This document shows positions 8,005-17,783 of a DNA stretch of 32,000 nucleotides, piece by piece. Under the pieces are notes generated by a model. That model did not search any database. It was not told the origin of the DNA and saw nothing but the letters and a program-made list of their open reading frames with translations. Both the position numbers and the translations under genes were made by a program. Positions within the stretch are counted from its first letter, which is position 1. Every line of letters begins with the position of its first letter. Origin of the DNA: Candidatus Electrothrix yaqonensis (GTDB taxonomy: Bacteria; Desulfobacterota; Desulfobulbia; Desulfobulbales; Desulfobulbaceae); the NCBI GenBank assembly GCA_047651235.1, contig CP178758.1, positions 3,360,001 to 3,392,000 on the forward strand, written 5' to 3'.

Positions 8005-9981
8005 ATGTCAATAATACGTGTCCTGTCTGACCATCTTGCCAACCAGATTGCCGCCGGAGAGGTTGTGGAGCGACCGGCTTCGGTGGTGAAGGAGCTGGTG
8101 GAAAACGCCCTGGATGCCAAGGCCGACCGGATCACCGTCCAGGTGGAAGGCGCAGGAACCCGTCTGATCCGGGTGGCGGACAACGGGGTCGGCATGGATC
8201 AGGACGACGTGCTGCTCTCTCTTGAACGCCATGCCACCTCGAAACTGACCGAAGAATGTCAGCTGACCGCCATCACCACCTTGGGATTTCGGGGCGAGGC
8301 TCTGCCCAGTATCGGCTCAGTTTCGCGGATGTCGATTCTGTCCCGACCGCAGAGCGCAGAAATCGGCACCAGAGCAGAGATCCGTTACGGCACGCTGCAT
8401 GATTTTCATGATCACGGCTGCGCCTGCGGCACCGTAATCGAAGTACGCAGCCTGTTCGGCAATCTTCCGGCCCGGAAAAAATTCCTCAAAACCAGACGGA
8501 CCGAACTCTTTCATGTTGAAGAGGCAATCCGGAGCCTGTCCCTTGCGTATCCTGAGGTGGCATTTTCTCTGCAGGTGGACGGGCGTAAAACTATTGTCCT
8601 GTCTGCAGCGGACCCGGCCCGGCGGGCCGGGGAGGTTTTCCGGTATTCCGGCTCCATGTTGGAGCTTGACAGCCGCAGTGACGGGGGGGATGATCCACAG
8701 GACACGCAGATCAGCGGTTTTCTCCTCCTGCCTGATGCAGGGGCTTCGGCAGGCCTGCGGATTTTGGTCAATAAACGCCCGGTGCAGGACAGGACAATTC
8801 GGTATGCCGTTGCTGACGGACTGCAGGGGCTGCTGATGAAAGGCCAGCAACCGGCCGGTGTTCTGCTGCTGGACATAAATCCGCAGCAGATCGATATCAA
8901 CGTGCATCCGGCAAAGCGGGAAATCCGTTTCCGTGATCCCCGGCAGGTGCGGAGGCGCATTATTCGGGCAGTTGCTGATGCGGTGCAGCGGTACCAGGAC
9001 GCAGTCCGGGCCGAGCTGTTCGGCGAATCAGCGCCGAAATCTGACAACAGCCGGGATGTTCCGCCGGATACCGGTGTCTCCTCTGCCGGTCGTCAAACAG
9101 CTGCACCGGACAGACCGCCACAAATAGATCAACCAATATATCAACCTCAGCCTCCGGAACAACAGCGGCAGCCATATACATCATACACCGCAGAACCTCT
9201 GCCTGAGCTGCAGCCGACGAAACCATTTTCCTCCTCCGTGCGAAATACGCCGCAGTCTGCAGATCGACTGCACAACATATCGCTCAGCACTGCTGCGGAA
9301 ACTCTCTCTGCAGCTTTCCCTCCTGAACAATCCGAACGATCTGGACGGGTTGAACAGATTGAGCGAAAATCCGGCTTTCCTGAATACGGCGGTCTGAAAC
9401 TGATCGGCCAGTTCCTCAACCTGTATCTGCTCTGTGAACAGGAAGACCGGATTGTCATTATTGATCAGCATGCGGCCCACGAGCGTATTCTATATCAGCA
9501 GCTGCGCACAGCATATGAACAGCGGGCCGTCACAGTACAAAATCTGCTCTTTCCTGCTGCAGTTGAACTGGGGCCGGATCAGGCCGACACCCTGGAGCAG
9601 GAGGCCGAAACGGTTGCTGCCCTCGGGTTGACAGTCGAATTTTTCGGCGATACCACCTGGATCATTAAAGCTGTGCCCGCGATCGTCGGCACCCTGCCGC
9701 CGCAGGAGGTTCTGACCGATATTTTGGATAGACTCGCCGATGGAACAGATGGAACAATAGCTGACCGGCCCGGGACTGTACCAGAATGCATTGACCGGCT
9801 GCTGGCCTCCATGGCCTGTAAAGCTGCGGTCAAATCGGGAAATCGGCTGCACCCCGAAGAAATGCTTGAACTTCTGCATCAGATGGATAAAAGTAAGCTG
9901 TTTTCACACTGCCCTCACGGCAGACCTGTCCTGAAGATCTTTTCCCGCCCGGAAATCGAAAAATGGTTCAGGCGTACCTGA
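8005..9981 (+). CDS. mutL: DNA mismatch repair protein MutL
   Basis: The N-terminal GHKL ATPase motifs are LANQIAAGEVVERPASVVKELVENALDA, DNGVGM and TLGFRGEAL. The C-terminal dimerisation domain follows a Pro/Gln-rich linker. Confidence 0.95.
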   Translation: MSIIRVLSDHLANQIAAGEVVERPASVVKELVENALDAKADRITVQVEGAGTRLIRVADNGVGMDQDDVLLSLERHATSKLTEECQLTAITTLGFRGEALPSIGSVSRMSILSRPQSAEIGTRAEIRYGTLHDFHDHGCACGTVIEVRSLFGNLPARKKFLKTRRTELFHVEEAIRSLSLAYPEVAFSLQVDGRKTIVLSAADPARRAGEVFRYSGSMLELDSRSDGGDDPQDTQISGFLLLPDAGASAGLRILVNKRPVQDRTIRYAVADGLQGLLMKGQQPAGVLLLDINPQQIDINVHPAKREIRFRDPRQVRRRIIRAVADAVQRYQDAVRAELFGESAPKSDNSRDVPPDTGVSSAGRQTAAPDRPPQIDQPIYQPQPPEQQRQPYTSYTAEPLPELQPTKPFSSSVRNTPQSADRLHNISLSTAAETLSAAFPPEQSERSGRVEQIERKSGFPEYGGLKLIGQFLNLYLLCEQEDRIVIIDQHAAHERILYQQLRTAYEQRAVTVQNLLFPAAVELGPDQADTLEQEAETVAALGLTVEFFGDTTWIIKAVPAIVGTLPPQEVLTDILDRLADGTDGTIADRPGTVPECIDRLLASMACKAAVKSGNRLHPEEMLELLHQMDKSKLFSHCPHGRPVLKIFSRPEIEKWFRRT

Positions 9982-10031
9982 GCAGGGAGAACCGCAGACA
10001 GATCAGCAGATATCTGAGGAATCAAGGCAAT

Positions 10032-11153
10032 ATGCAGGGGGGAGACATGATCAGTCAAGAGCAGCTGCACAACCGGATTATTGCGGAACTGCCGGTCGGC
10101 CTTCTTGTAGTGGATGCGGATTACAGAATCATCGAATTTAATCCGGAAGCTGAAAAGGTCACCGGCATGACACGAAAGAACGTGCTCGGCCGCACCTGCT
10201 CTGAGGTGCTTTCCTCCAATCTCTGCGAACATCACTGCCCTTTTTGTGAAAGTATCCGGAGCGGCGAGCCCTGCATCGGCAGAGAGGCGCTTATTCGGCT
10301 GCACAACGGTCAGAAAATACCTATTCTTCTTTCCAGTCGGGCAGTAAAAGACAGCAGCGGCCAGCTGATGTACGGAATTGAAATATTCCGGGATGCCACG
10401 GAAATGCAGACACTGGCTGCTCATAAACGTCAGCTTGTCTCCCTATTTACCCATGACCTGAAGGCTCCGGCAACCATCACCGGCGGCTTCATCAACCGGC
10501 TGCTGGCCGGAAAAGCCGGGAAAATGAACGAGAAACAGACCCATTATCTTCAGATTATCAAAAAAGAGCTGCACCGTCAGGAAGAATATATTCAGTCTTT
10601 TCTTGATGTTTCCCGAATCGAGACCGGCAGGATAGAACTGAAACGGACTCCCTGCCAGCTCAGAATCCTGCTTGACGAGATTGTGACCGGTTTCCGGGTG
10701 CAGGCAGCTGCAAAAAAGATCGAGATTGAACTGATCATGTCGTCCGGCCTGGGTAAACCGCACCTGGACAAGGTGCATTTCTGCCGGGTGATTTCCAATC
10801 TGCTGGACAATGCCATCAAGTATTCGCAGGAAAACTCCGTGGTCCAAGTCCTGGCCCGTTCAAACGAACAGTATGTTCTTCTTGAAGTCCGGGATCACGG
10901 GCCGGGAATCGCTGTTCAGGATCAGGTGCATATTTTTGATCACTACTATCGGACCCCGGCCAGATGCTGCGGAACAAAAGGAAGCGGTCTCGGGCTTGCA
11001 GCAGTCAAGGCCATTGTCGAAGCCCACTCCGGCAGTGTCTGGCTGCACAGCATACCCGGCGAGGGAGCCGCCTTTTTTATTTCCCTGCCCAAAACTGAGC
11101 TGGCCGAACAGGAGGGCAAGGGCTGCTCAGCCGGGCAGGCTCTGCAGTTTTAG
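10032..11153 (+). CDS. PAS-domain sensor histidine kinase (cytoplasmic)
   Basis: The PAS region reads LPVGLLVVDADYRIIEFNPEAEKVTGM. The H-box is SLFTHDLKAP, the N-box LLDNAIKY, G1 DHGPGI and G2 GSGLGL. The start is ambiguous: ATG 10032 or 10047, or the track's 9963, which overlaps mutL. Confidence 0.85.
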   Translation: MQGGDMISQEQLHNRIIAELPVGLLVVDADYRIIEFNPEAEKVTGMTRKNVLGRTCSEVLSSNLCEHHCPFCESIRSGEPCIGREALIRLHNGQKIPILLSSRAVKDSSGQLMYGIEIFRDATEMQTLAAHKRQLVSLFTHDLKAPATITGGFINRLLAGKAGKMNEKQTHYLQIIKKELHRQEEYIQSFLDVSRIETGRIELKRTPCQLRILLDEIVTGFRVQAAAKKIEIELIMSSGLGKPHLDKVHFCRVISNLLDNAIKYSQENSVVQVLARSNEQYVLLEVRDHGPGIAVQDQVHIFDHYYRTPARCCGTKGSGLGLAAVKAIVEAHSGSVWLHSIPGEGAAFFISLPKTELAEQEGKGCSAGQALQF

Positions 11154-11180
11154 CGCACGTTGTCAGCCTGCAGCCTGAAG

Positions 11181-12305
11181 TCAGAACTCTCTCTGCGACC
11201 CGCGCTCTTGCTCTCTGGCAGCATATTCGTCAACATTCTGCAGACCTTCCATGAGCAGCTTCATGAAATACCCGATTTCCGGGGCATCAAAATCTTCCGA
11301 AGGCAGGCCGGGGTTGAATTTGAATCTCCCTTTTTTTTCCCGGAGAATCGAAAAAAATGCCTCCTTGCCCTTCTGCCCGTTATAGGATGCTTTGATCAGG
11401 GAGCCCTGACGCATGGAAAAGCGTGCTGTTCCTCCCGGCACTTCGGTAATTGTCAGAATGCCTGTTTTAGCATTGGCATGCAGGGTCTGAAAAAGGGCTT
11501 CCGGCGGAATTTCCTCCAGCTTGCCGATCATCCCTGAAGCGTATTCGTCGGAGCGAATCTCGTTTGAGCGGCTCAGCCTCTCAGCCAGCAGACGGGTAAA
11601 ATATCGGTGCAGAGCCGGATACTTATCCATAATGAACTGAAAGTTCGCATGATGAATACTCAATATCTTGGTGTCCACAGAGGCCTGTATGGTGGACCCG
11701 ACCTCTTCATCGCAGATCAGGCTCATCTCGCCGAACACTTCGCCCTGGCCCAAAGTTGAGATGGAGATACCGGTCTCATTCAGCACATTGACTTCTCCGG
11801 TGAGGACAATATATAAATTCTTCCCCACCTCGCCCTTGCGCATGACAATTTCATCTTTTTTAAACGTATCCAAATGGGCCTTCTGCAGAATTTCTGTCAG
11901 ATTTCTGGGGCTGATATTGCGGAAAAAGGGAAATTTGCTGATCTTATGGAGATGAGGAGCTATATTCTTGTTGCTCAGTTTCAGCGTCTCGTGCTCCGAG
12001 GCAAAGGGAATTTTGGTGGAGTATTCAAGACGGATGGTTCCGGTACAGCCGGAACAGGATATCAGACAGTCCGGAATCTGATCGGCACGCTGATATTTGA
12101 TAATGATCTTGACCAGATCGCCGTAGAGGATTTCGCAGTTATCCCGGTTCTGATTGGAATAGACCGCAGTGGTGCAGACAAAAGAACTGTCTCCGTCGGT
12201 TTCCATCATAATAGCGACACCGGAGACAGTAAACGTGTCTCCGAATTGATATTTCGGACAGTTATTTGTTTCACAGACCCGAAAGACGACTCTTGGCAAG
12301 CCCAT
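11181..12305 (-). CDS. Cyclic-nucleotide-binding protein with an N-terminal Cys-rich domain and a C-terminal DUF4388 domain
   Basis: The cNMP-binding core is GEVGKNLYIVLTGEV...LGQGEVFGEMSL. The DUF4388-like tail is GKLEEIPPEALFQTLHANAKTGILTI...GKEAFFSILREKKGRFKF. There is no clear SD at the ATG. Confidence 0.8.
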   Translation of the reverse strand: MGLPRVVFRVCETNNCPKYQFGDTFTVSGVAIMMETDGDSSFVCTTAVYSNQNRDNCEILYGDLVKIIIKYQRADQIPDCLISCSGCTGTIRLEYSTKIPFASEHETLKLSNKNIAPHLHKISKFPFFRNISPRNLTEILQKAHLDTFKKDEIVMRKGEVGKNLYIVLTGEVNVLNETGISISTLGQGEVFGEMSLICDEEVGSTIQASVDTKILSIHHANFQFIMDKYPALHRYFTRLLAERLSRSNEIRSDEYASGMIGKLEEIPPEALFQTLHANAKTGILTITEVPGGTARFSMRQGSLIKASYNGQKGKEAFFSILREKKGRFKFNPGLPSEDFDAPEIGYFMKLLMEGLQNVDEYAAREQERGSQREF

Positions 12306-12671
12306 TGATCATCAATGCGTATAAAAATTACAGGCCCGTTTGCCGGGCCATGAAAACAGACAGTCCTGCCGTAAGACGAACGAACGGATAACAACGGACA
12401 GCAGGGTTGCAGGATACAGCGGTCAGCTGCAGAGCAGACGCAGACTGAAAGAACGTACTCTGCAGCCGGAAAAAGTACAAATTTTTCTTCTATTATGACA
12501 AAAAAGGACCCGAATGCGCAATGTATTTCACCGGGTCTTTCTGTTTTATTTGGTATCGGGGACTGCCGGATGCATGGTATAGTAACAGGTTACAGCAGGA
12601 ACAGAGGGTTTTCCTGAGATAAATCCATGCAGCGGCCCGCACACCGCAACCGCACCAACTGCACGGTAACA

Positions 12672-12680
12672 GGCAGATTC
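12672..12680. repeat. Left copy of the 9-bp target-site duplication GGCAGATTC
   Basis: It lies immediately outside IRL and is identical to 14182-14190. Confidence 0.8.
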
Positions 12681-14181
12681 GGGTGCGATTACAAGTGCGG
12701 TTTTATCAATTACGGGATGCATGAGAGCGTATTTTTCTGTTACTTTGATTTCTTTGAGAAAGAAACAGCAAGTAATCAGGATGCTGTGTTGTCCGTTCGT
12801 ATAATATTATCCCGGAGAAGATATTTATGTCCTCACTGTCACAGGAAGATAAGGAATTGCTCAATCAATTGAACCGTCAGCCAAATCTGAAAACGCGTAT
12901 TCAAGCTATTCTTTCTATAGCCGGTGATGACGGAGACGGGATTGTAAAAGCTGATGAGGCCGAAAGTAGGGTCATTGAGGAAGTTCGCCGGATGGGTAAT
13001 GAGGTGCTCAGCGGATGGGCGGAGAGTCGAATTGAAAAATCCGGGGCAGCTCTTCCGACGGACGGTAATTGTACCCGTAGCGGTAAAAAAAACACATTGG
13101 CACACGACGTTCGGGATAATTCACGTAGTTGAGCAGGAGTACAGACAGCCGGGAAAACGGTACCGGCCGTTCAGCCGAAGTGCCGGAATAACCTGCCGAT
13201 GCTGCTCGCTGCCTCTGCAGCGTGCCGTAACAGATTTCGGGGCAGACCATTCCTTTGGTCGGGTTCCTGAAAAACTGAAGGAACATTATGGGATAACATT
13301 ACCGGTAAGCACTGTCCGAAATATCACGGAGACTCACGCCCGACACATACATGAAAGACGTCGACAGGAGAGAATTGAAGAATATCCGTCTATAAAGGGA
13401 CGGGACTTCGTTATTGCCGAGACGGACGGCAGCATGGTTCCGATTGTCCTGACGGATACAGATGCCAAGGACCGGCGTAAAGGTAAAAAGCACAGCTGGA
13501 AAGAAGCACGCCTGAGTATAGCTCATGTTCTCGGTGAAAGGACGCTTAAATTCGGAGTTGCATTTCAGGAAAACGTTGACGAGTCGGGAAAGGTTCTCTT
13601 TGATTGCGCCTGCCGTGCGGGATTCGGTCGGGGTACATCTCTGCATTCAGTGGGTGACGGAGCAACGTGGATTTCCGGGCAGGTGAAAAAACAGTTCGGT
13701 TCACAGGGACATTACCTTGTCGATTTTTATCATGTTTGTGAATACCTGGAGGCTGCTGCACCGGCATGTTCCGGGAAAGACGGAAAAGGATCATGGAGTA
13801 AGCAGCAGAAAGAGCGCCTGAAAAAGGGACAGGAAAAAAAACTGATCGAAGCATTGAAGCCTCATCTTGAGCCGGAAAAGACAAAAGATCAAAATGCACC
13901 TGTCCGCTGCTGCCTGCGTTACCTGAGCAACCGTCCGGGGCAGTTCGACTATCCCGATGCTCAACAGCTTGGTTTACCTATCGGTTCTGGAGAAATAGAA
14001 AGTGCGCACCGGTATGTCATCCAGGAACGTCTGAAAATAGCCGGCGCATGGTGGACACCGGAAAATGCCCGAATCATGCTTTCCCTGAGAGTTGACCGTG
14101 CGGACGGATACTGGGATAAATATTGGGAGAATATAAGCTGGGCAGCGTAAGGTGTCAGAAACCGCACTTTTAATCGCACCC
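12681..14181 (+). mobile_element. Complete insertion sequence (1501 bp), ISKra4-family-like
   Basis: IRL at 12681-12703 is GGGTGCGATTACAAGTGCGGTTT. The reverse complement of IRR at 14159-14181 is GGGTGCGATTAAAAGTGCGGTTT, a 22/23 match. Perfect 9-bp direct repeats flank the element. It carries a DDE-type transposase. Confidence 0.8.
12827..14150 (+). pseudogene. ISKra4-like transposase interrupted by a frameshift in an A8 run
   Basis: ORF 12827..13132 (frame 2) ends ...CTRSGKK. ORF 12954..14150 (frame 0) continues ...VKKTHWHTTFGII. The two frames meet at A8 (13085-13092). Downstream motifs are ETDGSM, VGDGATW and LPIGSGEIESAHRYVIQERLKIAGAWW...YWDKYW. Confidence 0.75.
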
Positions 14182-14190
14182 GGCAGATTC
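14182..14190. repeat. Right copy of the 9-bp target-site duplication GGCAGATTC
   Basis: It lies immediately outside IRR and is identical to 12672-12680. Confidence 0.8.
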
Positions 14191-14261
14191 AGGATTAAGG
14201 AGGAACAGTCATCAGTATCGTCGGCAGCAGAACAGGCCTGAAAACCAGACAGCTCCGCCGG

Positions 14262-15851
14262 TTGGAGCAGCTGGGCCAGAAAAAAGTCAATCCCCATGAG
14301 ATTGTCGGCCGGGAACTTGCCCGTGCCATGACCTTATTATCCACAGAACTGAACAGACAGATCGGCCTGATCATCAGTCGGTCCGGCAGAGTGGAGCTTG
14401 TCCTTCTCGGTGACCATAACCGGATCGAGATACCGGTGCTCAGCAAAATACGGACGTCCGGCAGCCGGCTGCGCGGACTCCGCTGTGTGCATACCAGCTT
14501 CTCCAATTCCGGCCTGAACGAGGAGGATATCATGGACATGGTCTGCCTGCGGCTGGATATGATGTCCGTGCTGACCATGCAGGAAGGTTATCCTGAGCTG
14601 CTGCACAGCGCCCACCTCACGGCGCAGTCTGCTGACGGTCAGGGCTGGCACCTGCTGGACCCAATCCATCCGGCTGCGCAGGACCAGTCCTGTCTCTCCC
14701 TGATCGAGGCAGTGGAGCATGATTTTTCCAAAATACGACCGATTCAGGATGTGGACAAGGGCCGGGACCGGGCGATTCTCATTTCCGTCAGCACCGGGTC
14801 GAAGCGGGAAGCCGAGGATTCCATGCTGGAACTGGCCGAACTTGCCCGTGCAGCCGGGGTGCAGGTGGTGGAGCAGGTCATCCAGCAGCGGCGCAAGGTG
14901 CATCCCCGTTTTATCCTCGGACGCGGGAAACTGCTCGACATCATCCTGCTGAGCCTGCGCCACGGGGCGAACCTGCTGCTATTTGATCAGGAACTGACGC
15001 CGTCCCAAGTGCGCTCAGTCACTGATCACACTGATCTGCGGGTCATTGATCGGACCCAGCTCATTCTGGATATCTTTGCCTCCCGTGCCCTGTCCAGGGA
15101 AGGCAAACTGCAGATTGAAATGGCCCAGCTCAAATATATGCTGCCCATGCTGAGCACCAGAGATGACGCCCTGTCCCGCCTCACCGGAGGGATCGGGGCA
15201 CGGGGGCCGGGGGAAACAAAACTTGAGATCGACCGGCGCCGGATCAATGACCGGATAGCCCGGCTGGCCAAGGAACTCAAGGCCGTGGGGAGACAGCGGT
15301 ATCACCGCCGCAACCGCCGCAGAAAACACGATGTGCCGGTTGTCTCGCTGGTCGGATATACCAACGCGGGCAAATCCACCCTGCTCAACACCCTGACCGA
15401 TTCGCGTATCCGGGCCGAGGACATGCTGTTCGCCACCCTGGATCCCACCTCGCGTCGTCTCCGTTTTCCCGAAGATACCGAAGTGATCATCACCGATACA
15501 GTGGGCTTTATCCGCAATCTGCCTGCAGAACTGCTCAAAGCCTTTGAGTCAACCCTTGAGGAGCTGTTTGAAGCCGACCTGCTGCTCCATGTGATCGATG
15601 TCTCCAATCACGCCTGGAAAGAACAGGTCAGCGCTGTAGAAAGCCTTCTGGGTAAACTGGAAGTGGACAGAATTCCCTGCCTGCGGCTCTACAATAAGAT
15701 CGATAAACTCGATCCGCTGCACAAGCCTCTGCCTGCGCAGATTAGCGACGGTGTCTGCATCTGCGCCCGCGATTCCTCCACCCTCAAAGAACTGCTGGGC
15801 AGGATAGAGCGGCACCTGCGGGGAGGAGCAGGGATAACTGAACGGGGATAA
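14262..15851 (+). CDS. hflX: GTPase HflX, long form with an N-terminal extension
   Basis: The G1 motif is VSLVGYTNAGKSTLLN, G3 is DTVGFI and G4 is NKID. The HflX N-domain reads RVIDRTQLILDIFASRALSREGKLQIEMAQL and GPGETKLEIDRR. The track start is TTG 14262, but the true start is probably upstream (see findings). Confidence 0.9.
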   Translation: MEQLGQKKVNPHEIVGRELARAMTLLSTELNRQIGLIISRSGRVELVLLGDHNRIEIPVLSKIRTSGSRLRGLRCVHTSFSNSGLNEEDIMDMVCLRLDMMSVLTMQEGYPELLHSAHLTAQSADGQGWHLLDPIHPAAQDQSCLSLIEAVEHDFSKIRPIQDVDKGRDRAILISVSTGSKREAEDSMLELAELARAAGVQVVEQVIQQRRKVHPRFILGRGKLLDIILLSLRHGANLLLFDQELTPSQVRSVTDHTDLRVIDRTQLILDIFASRALSREGKLQIEMAQLKYMLPMLSTRDDALSRLTGGIGARGPGETKLEIDRRRINDRIARLAKELKAVGRQRYHRRNRRRKHDVPVVSLVGYTNAGKSTLLNTLTDSRIRAEDMLFATLDPTSRRLRFPEDTEVIITDTVGFIRNLPAELLKAFESTLEELFEADLLLHVIDVSNHAWKEQVSAVESLLGKLEVDRIPCLRLYNKIDKLDPLHKPLPAQISDGVCICARDSSTLKELLGRIERHLRGGAGITERG

Positions 15852-16062
15852 TCGCTCCGTAGACGGAATACCTGTCTTTCTCCTTGACAAACAGGCCAAT
15901 CTATTCTTCATTGGAAACAAATATATGGATACTACCGCTGCGAAGCGGCAGCAGGGGAGGCAAATCAGCAACATTATACAATTAAAGCAGAATTCAACGT
16001 TACTTCATTATCCAATTTTTATCCAACCATCCGCGTAGCGGATACAGGAGGCATCTCATCAT

Positions 16063-16446
16063 ATGGAAAGTTATATACTTATCGGCTGTGCAGCCTTCCT
16101 CGGCAGCCTGTTTGTCGGCGGGGCCATTATTCTAGCCAAACTGCTTTCATTCCGCACACCGGACACCGAGCTCAAACTGCAGCCCTACGAGTGTTCGGAA
16201 AGTCCTATCGGCGGCGCGCGTGTCCGTTTCAAGGTAGCCTATTATATTTTTGCCCTGCTTTTTCTCCTTTTTGACGTTGAGACCCTGTTTCTTTTTCCCT
16301 GTGTCAAAATATTCAGGGCTGTAGTTGACGGCCGGATGGCGGGTGTCACGTCACATCTTGTTGTTATGGAATTAACTATCTTTATCTGTGTTCTTTTTTC
16401 CGGCCTGCTCTACGCATGGCGCAAGGGGGTTTTGATATGGGAGTAA
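16063..16446 (+). CDS. nuoA: NADH-quinone oxidoreductase subunit A
   Basis: It has three TM segments and the family motif [45 protein letters not shown] lies upstream. Confidence 0.9.
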   Translation: MESYILIGCAAFLGSLFVGGAIILAKLLSFRTPDTELKLQPYECSESPIGGARVRFKVAYYIFALLFLLFDVETLFLFPCVKIFRAVVDGRMAGVTSHLVVMELTIFICVLFSGLLYAWRKGVLIWE

Positions 16447-16448
16447 AA

Positions 16449-17699
16449 ATGCAGGGTGAAGCCTCTGTGCTGGCCCAACGGGCCGGTCAACTGGCTGACA
16501 GCATTCCGGGCGGCACCGCACTTTCCCGTTCCGTGGAAATGGTGGTGGCTTGGGCACGGGCAAATTCCCTCTGGCCCCTGGTCTACGGCACCTCCTGCTG
16601 CGCCATTGAAATGATGTGCACCGGGGCCTCACGCCACGACTGGGCCCGTTTCGGGGTCGAAGTGGCCCGCGCCAGTGCCCGCCAGGCTGATCTGATTATT
16701 CTGGCCGGAACGGTTGTGGAAAAAATGGGTGATAATCTTCTTACCCTGTATGAGCAGATGCCCGGACCGAAGTATGTGATCGCGATGGGGTCCTGCACTA
16801 TTTCCGGCGGCCCGTTTTATTATGACTCCTATGCCGTGGTCAAAGGCGCTGACCGTCTTGTTCCGGTGGATGTCTACATACCGGGCTGTCCGCCGCGGCC
16901 GGAAGCCCTGTTCTACGGCATCATGCAGCTGCAGGAAAAAATCAAAAAAGAAGGCCGCAATATTCCCTGGAAGATCGGGGATGTGTTCAATGAGCCTTTT
17001 GAGGATACCTTTACCAAGGCCAAGCAGGAATGGGCAGCTCTGGAAAAAAAGAAGGACGAAGAGCTGGCTGAAGCCAAGGAACAGTTCAAAAAGGATAATC
17101 CGGACTATAAACCGCCCAAGCCTGCCCGGCTGAAAAAAGAAAAGTTTCCCTCTCTGACAGCCGGGAAACAAGCTGTCAGAACTGTCAGCGGAATCAGCAA
17201 CTGGACCCTGCTGCAGACCATGCAGAAGAAATTTCCGGAGATTACCGTGCATGATCATCCGGATTCCACTCCGAAGCAGATTGCGGAGCTGGGCACCGGC
17301 TATATCCTTGATCTGGTGGTCCCGCCGGGACAATACCGGGAGGTTCTGGAATATCTGCGGGCAGAAGAATCCCTTAGCCTTGATATGTTTATCCAGCTGA
17401 CCTGTGTGGACTGGCAGGAGTATTTTGATATTGTTGTGCACCTTCTGTCCAGCCGGGGCGGCCATAAACTCTTTCTCCGCTGCCGGGTGGAAAAAACAGA
17501 CGAGGGCGCTGCAATTGAGACCATTTCAGACCTGTATCGGGGAGCGGAATGGCAAGAGCGCGAAGTCTATGACATGTTCGGGGTGCGTTTCCGCAATCAT
17601 CCGGATATGCGCAGGATTTTCCTGAAAAAGAACTTTCCCGGCCATCCACTCTGCAAGGATTTTGACGATCCTTCACGGGTGGTGAAGCGGCCTTACTGA
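16449..17699 (+). CDS. nuoBC: Fused NADH-quinone oxidoreductase subunits B and C
   Basis: The NuoB part has [32 protein letters not shown] and [14 protein letters not shown]-rich linker of roughly 90 aa follows. The NuoC part has [34 protein letters not shown] sits 5 nt before ATG 16449. The track start at 16416 overlaps nuoA. Confidence 0.9.
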   Translation: MQGEASVLAQRAGQLADSIPGGTALSRSVEMVVAWARANSLWPLVYGTSCCAIEMMCTGASRHDWARFGVEVARASARQADLIILAGTVVEKMGDNLLTLYEQMPGPKYVIAMGSCTISGGPFYYDSYAVVKGADRLVPVDVYIPGCPPRPEALFYGIMQLQEKIKKEGRNIPWKIGDVFNEPFEDTFTKAKQEWAALEKKKDEELAEAKEQFKKDNPDYKPPKPARLKKEKFPSLTAGKQAVRTVSGISNWTLLQTMQKKFPEITVHDHPDSTPKQIAELGTGYILDLVVPPGQYREVLEYLRAEESLSLDMFIQLTCVDWQEYFDIVVHLLSSRGGHKLFLRCRVEKTDEGAAIETISDLYRGAEWQEREVYDMFGVRFRNHPDMRRIFLKKNFPGHPLCKDFDDPSRVVKRPY

Positions 17700-17706
17700 A
17701 CGGAAC

Positions 17707-17746
17707 GCCCGGAGTTTCTGCTCCGGGCAGATTTCAGTTTTTATTT
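17707..17746 (+). terminator. Rho-independent terminator after nuoBC
   Basis: A perfect 8-bp stem, GCCCGGAG (17707-17714) with CTCCGGGC (17721-17728), encloses loop TTTCTG. A T-rich tail follows: agatttcagtttttattt. Confidence 0.7.
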
Positions 17747-17783
17747 ACTGATTAATCGTAACTTATTTTGAATATGTCAAGTA

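Noticed and set aside
12627-12872. 81-aa + strand ORF
   Set aside because: It crosses the IS left boundary (TSD/IRL at 12672-12703), so it cannot be an ancestral gene. It overlaps the start of the transposase ORF.
16629-17465. 278-aa minus-strand ORF
   Set aside because: It is antisense to the NuoB/NuoC fusion, which has diagnostic motifs. The same reasoning rejects 2748..3455, 4128..4775, 8317..8907, 8511..9047, 14337..14963 and 5144..5740.
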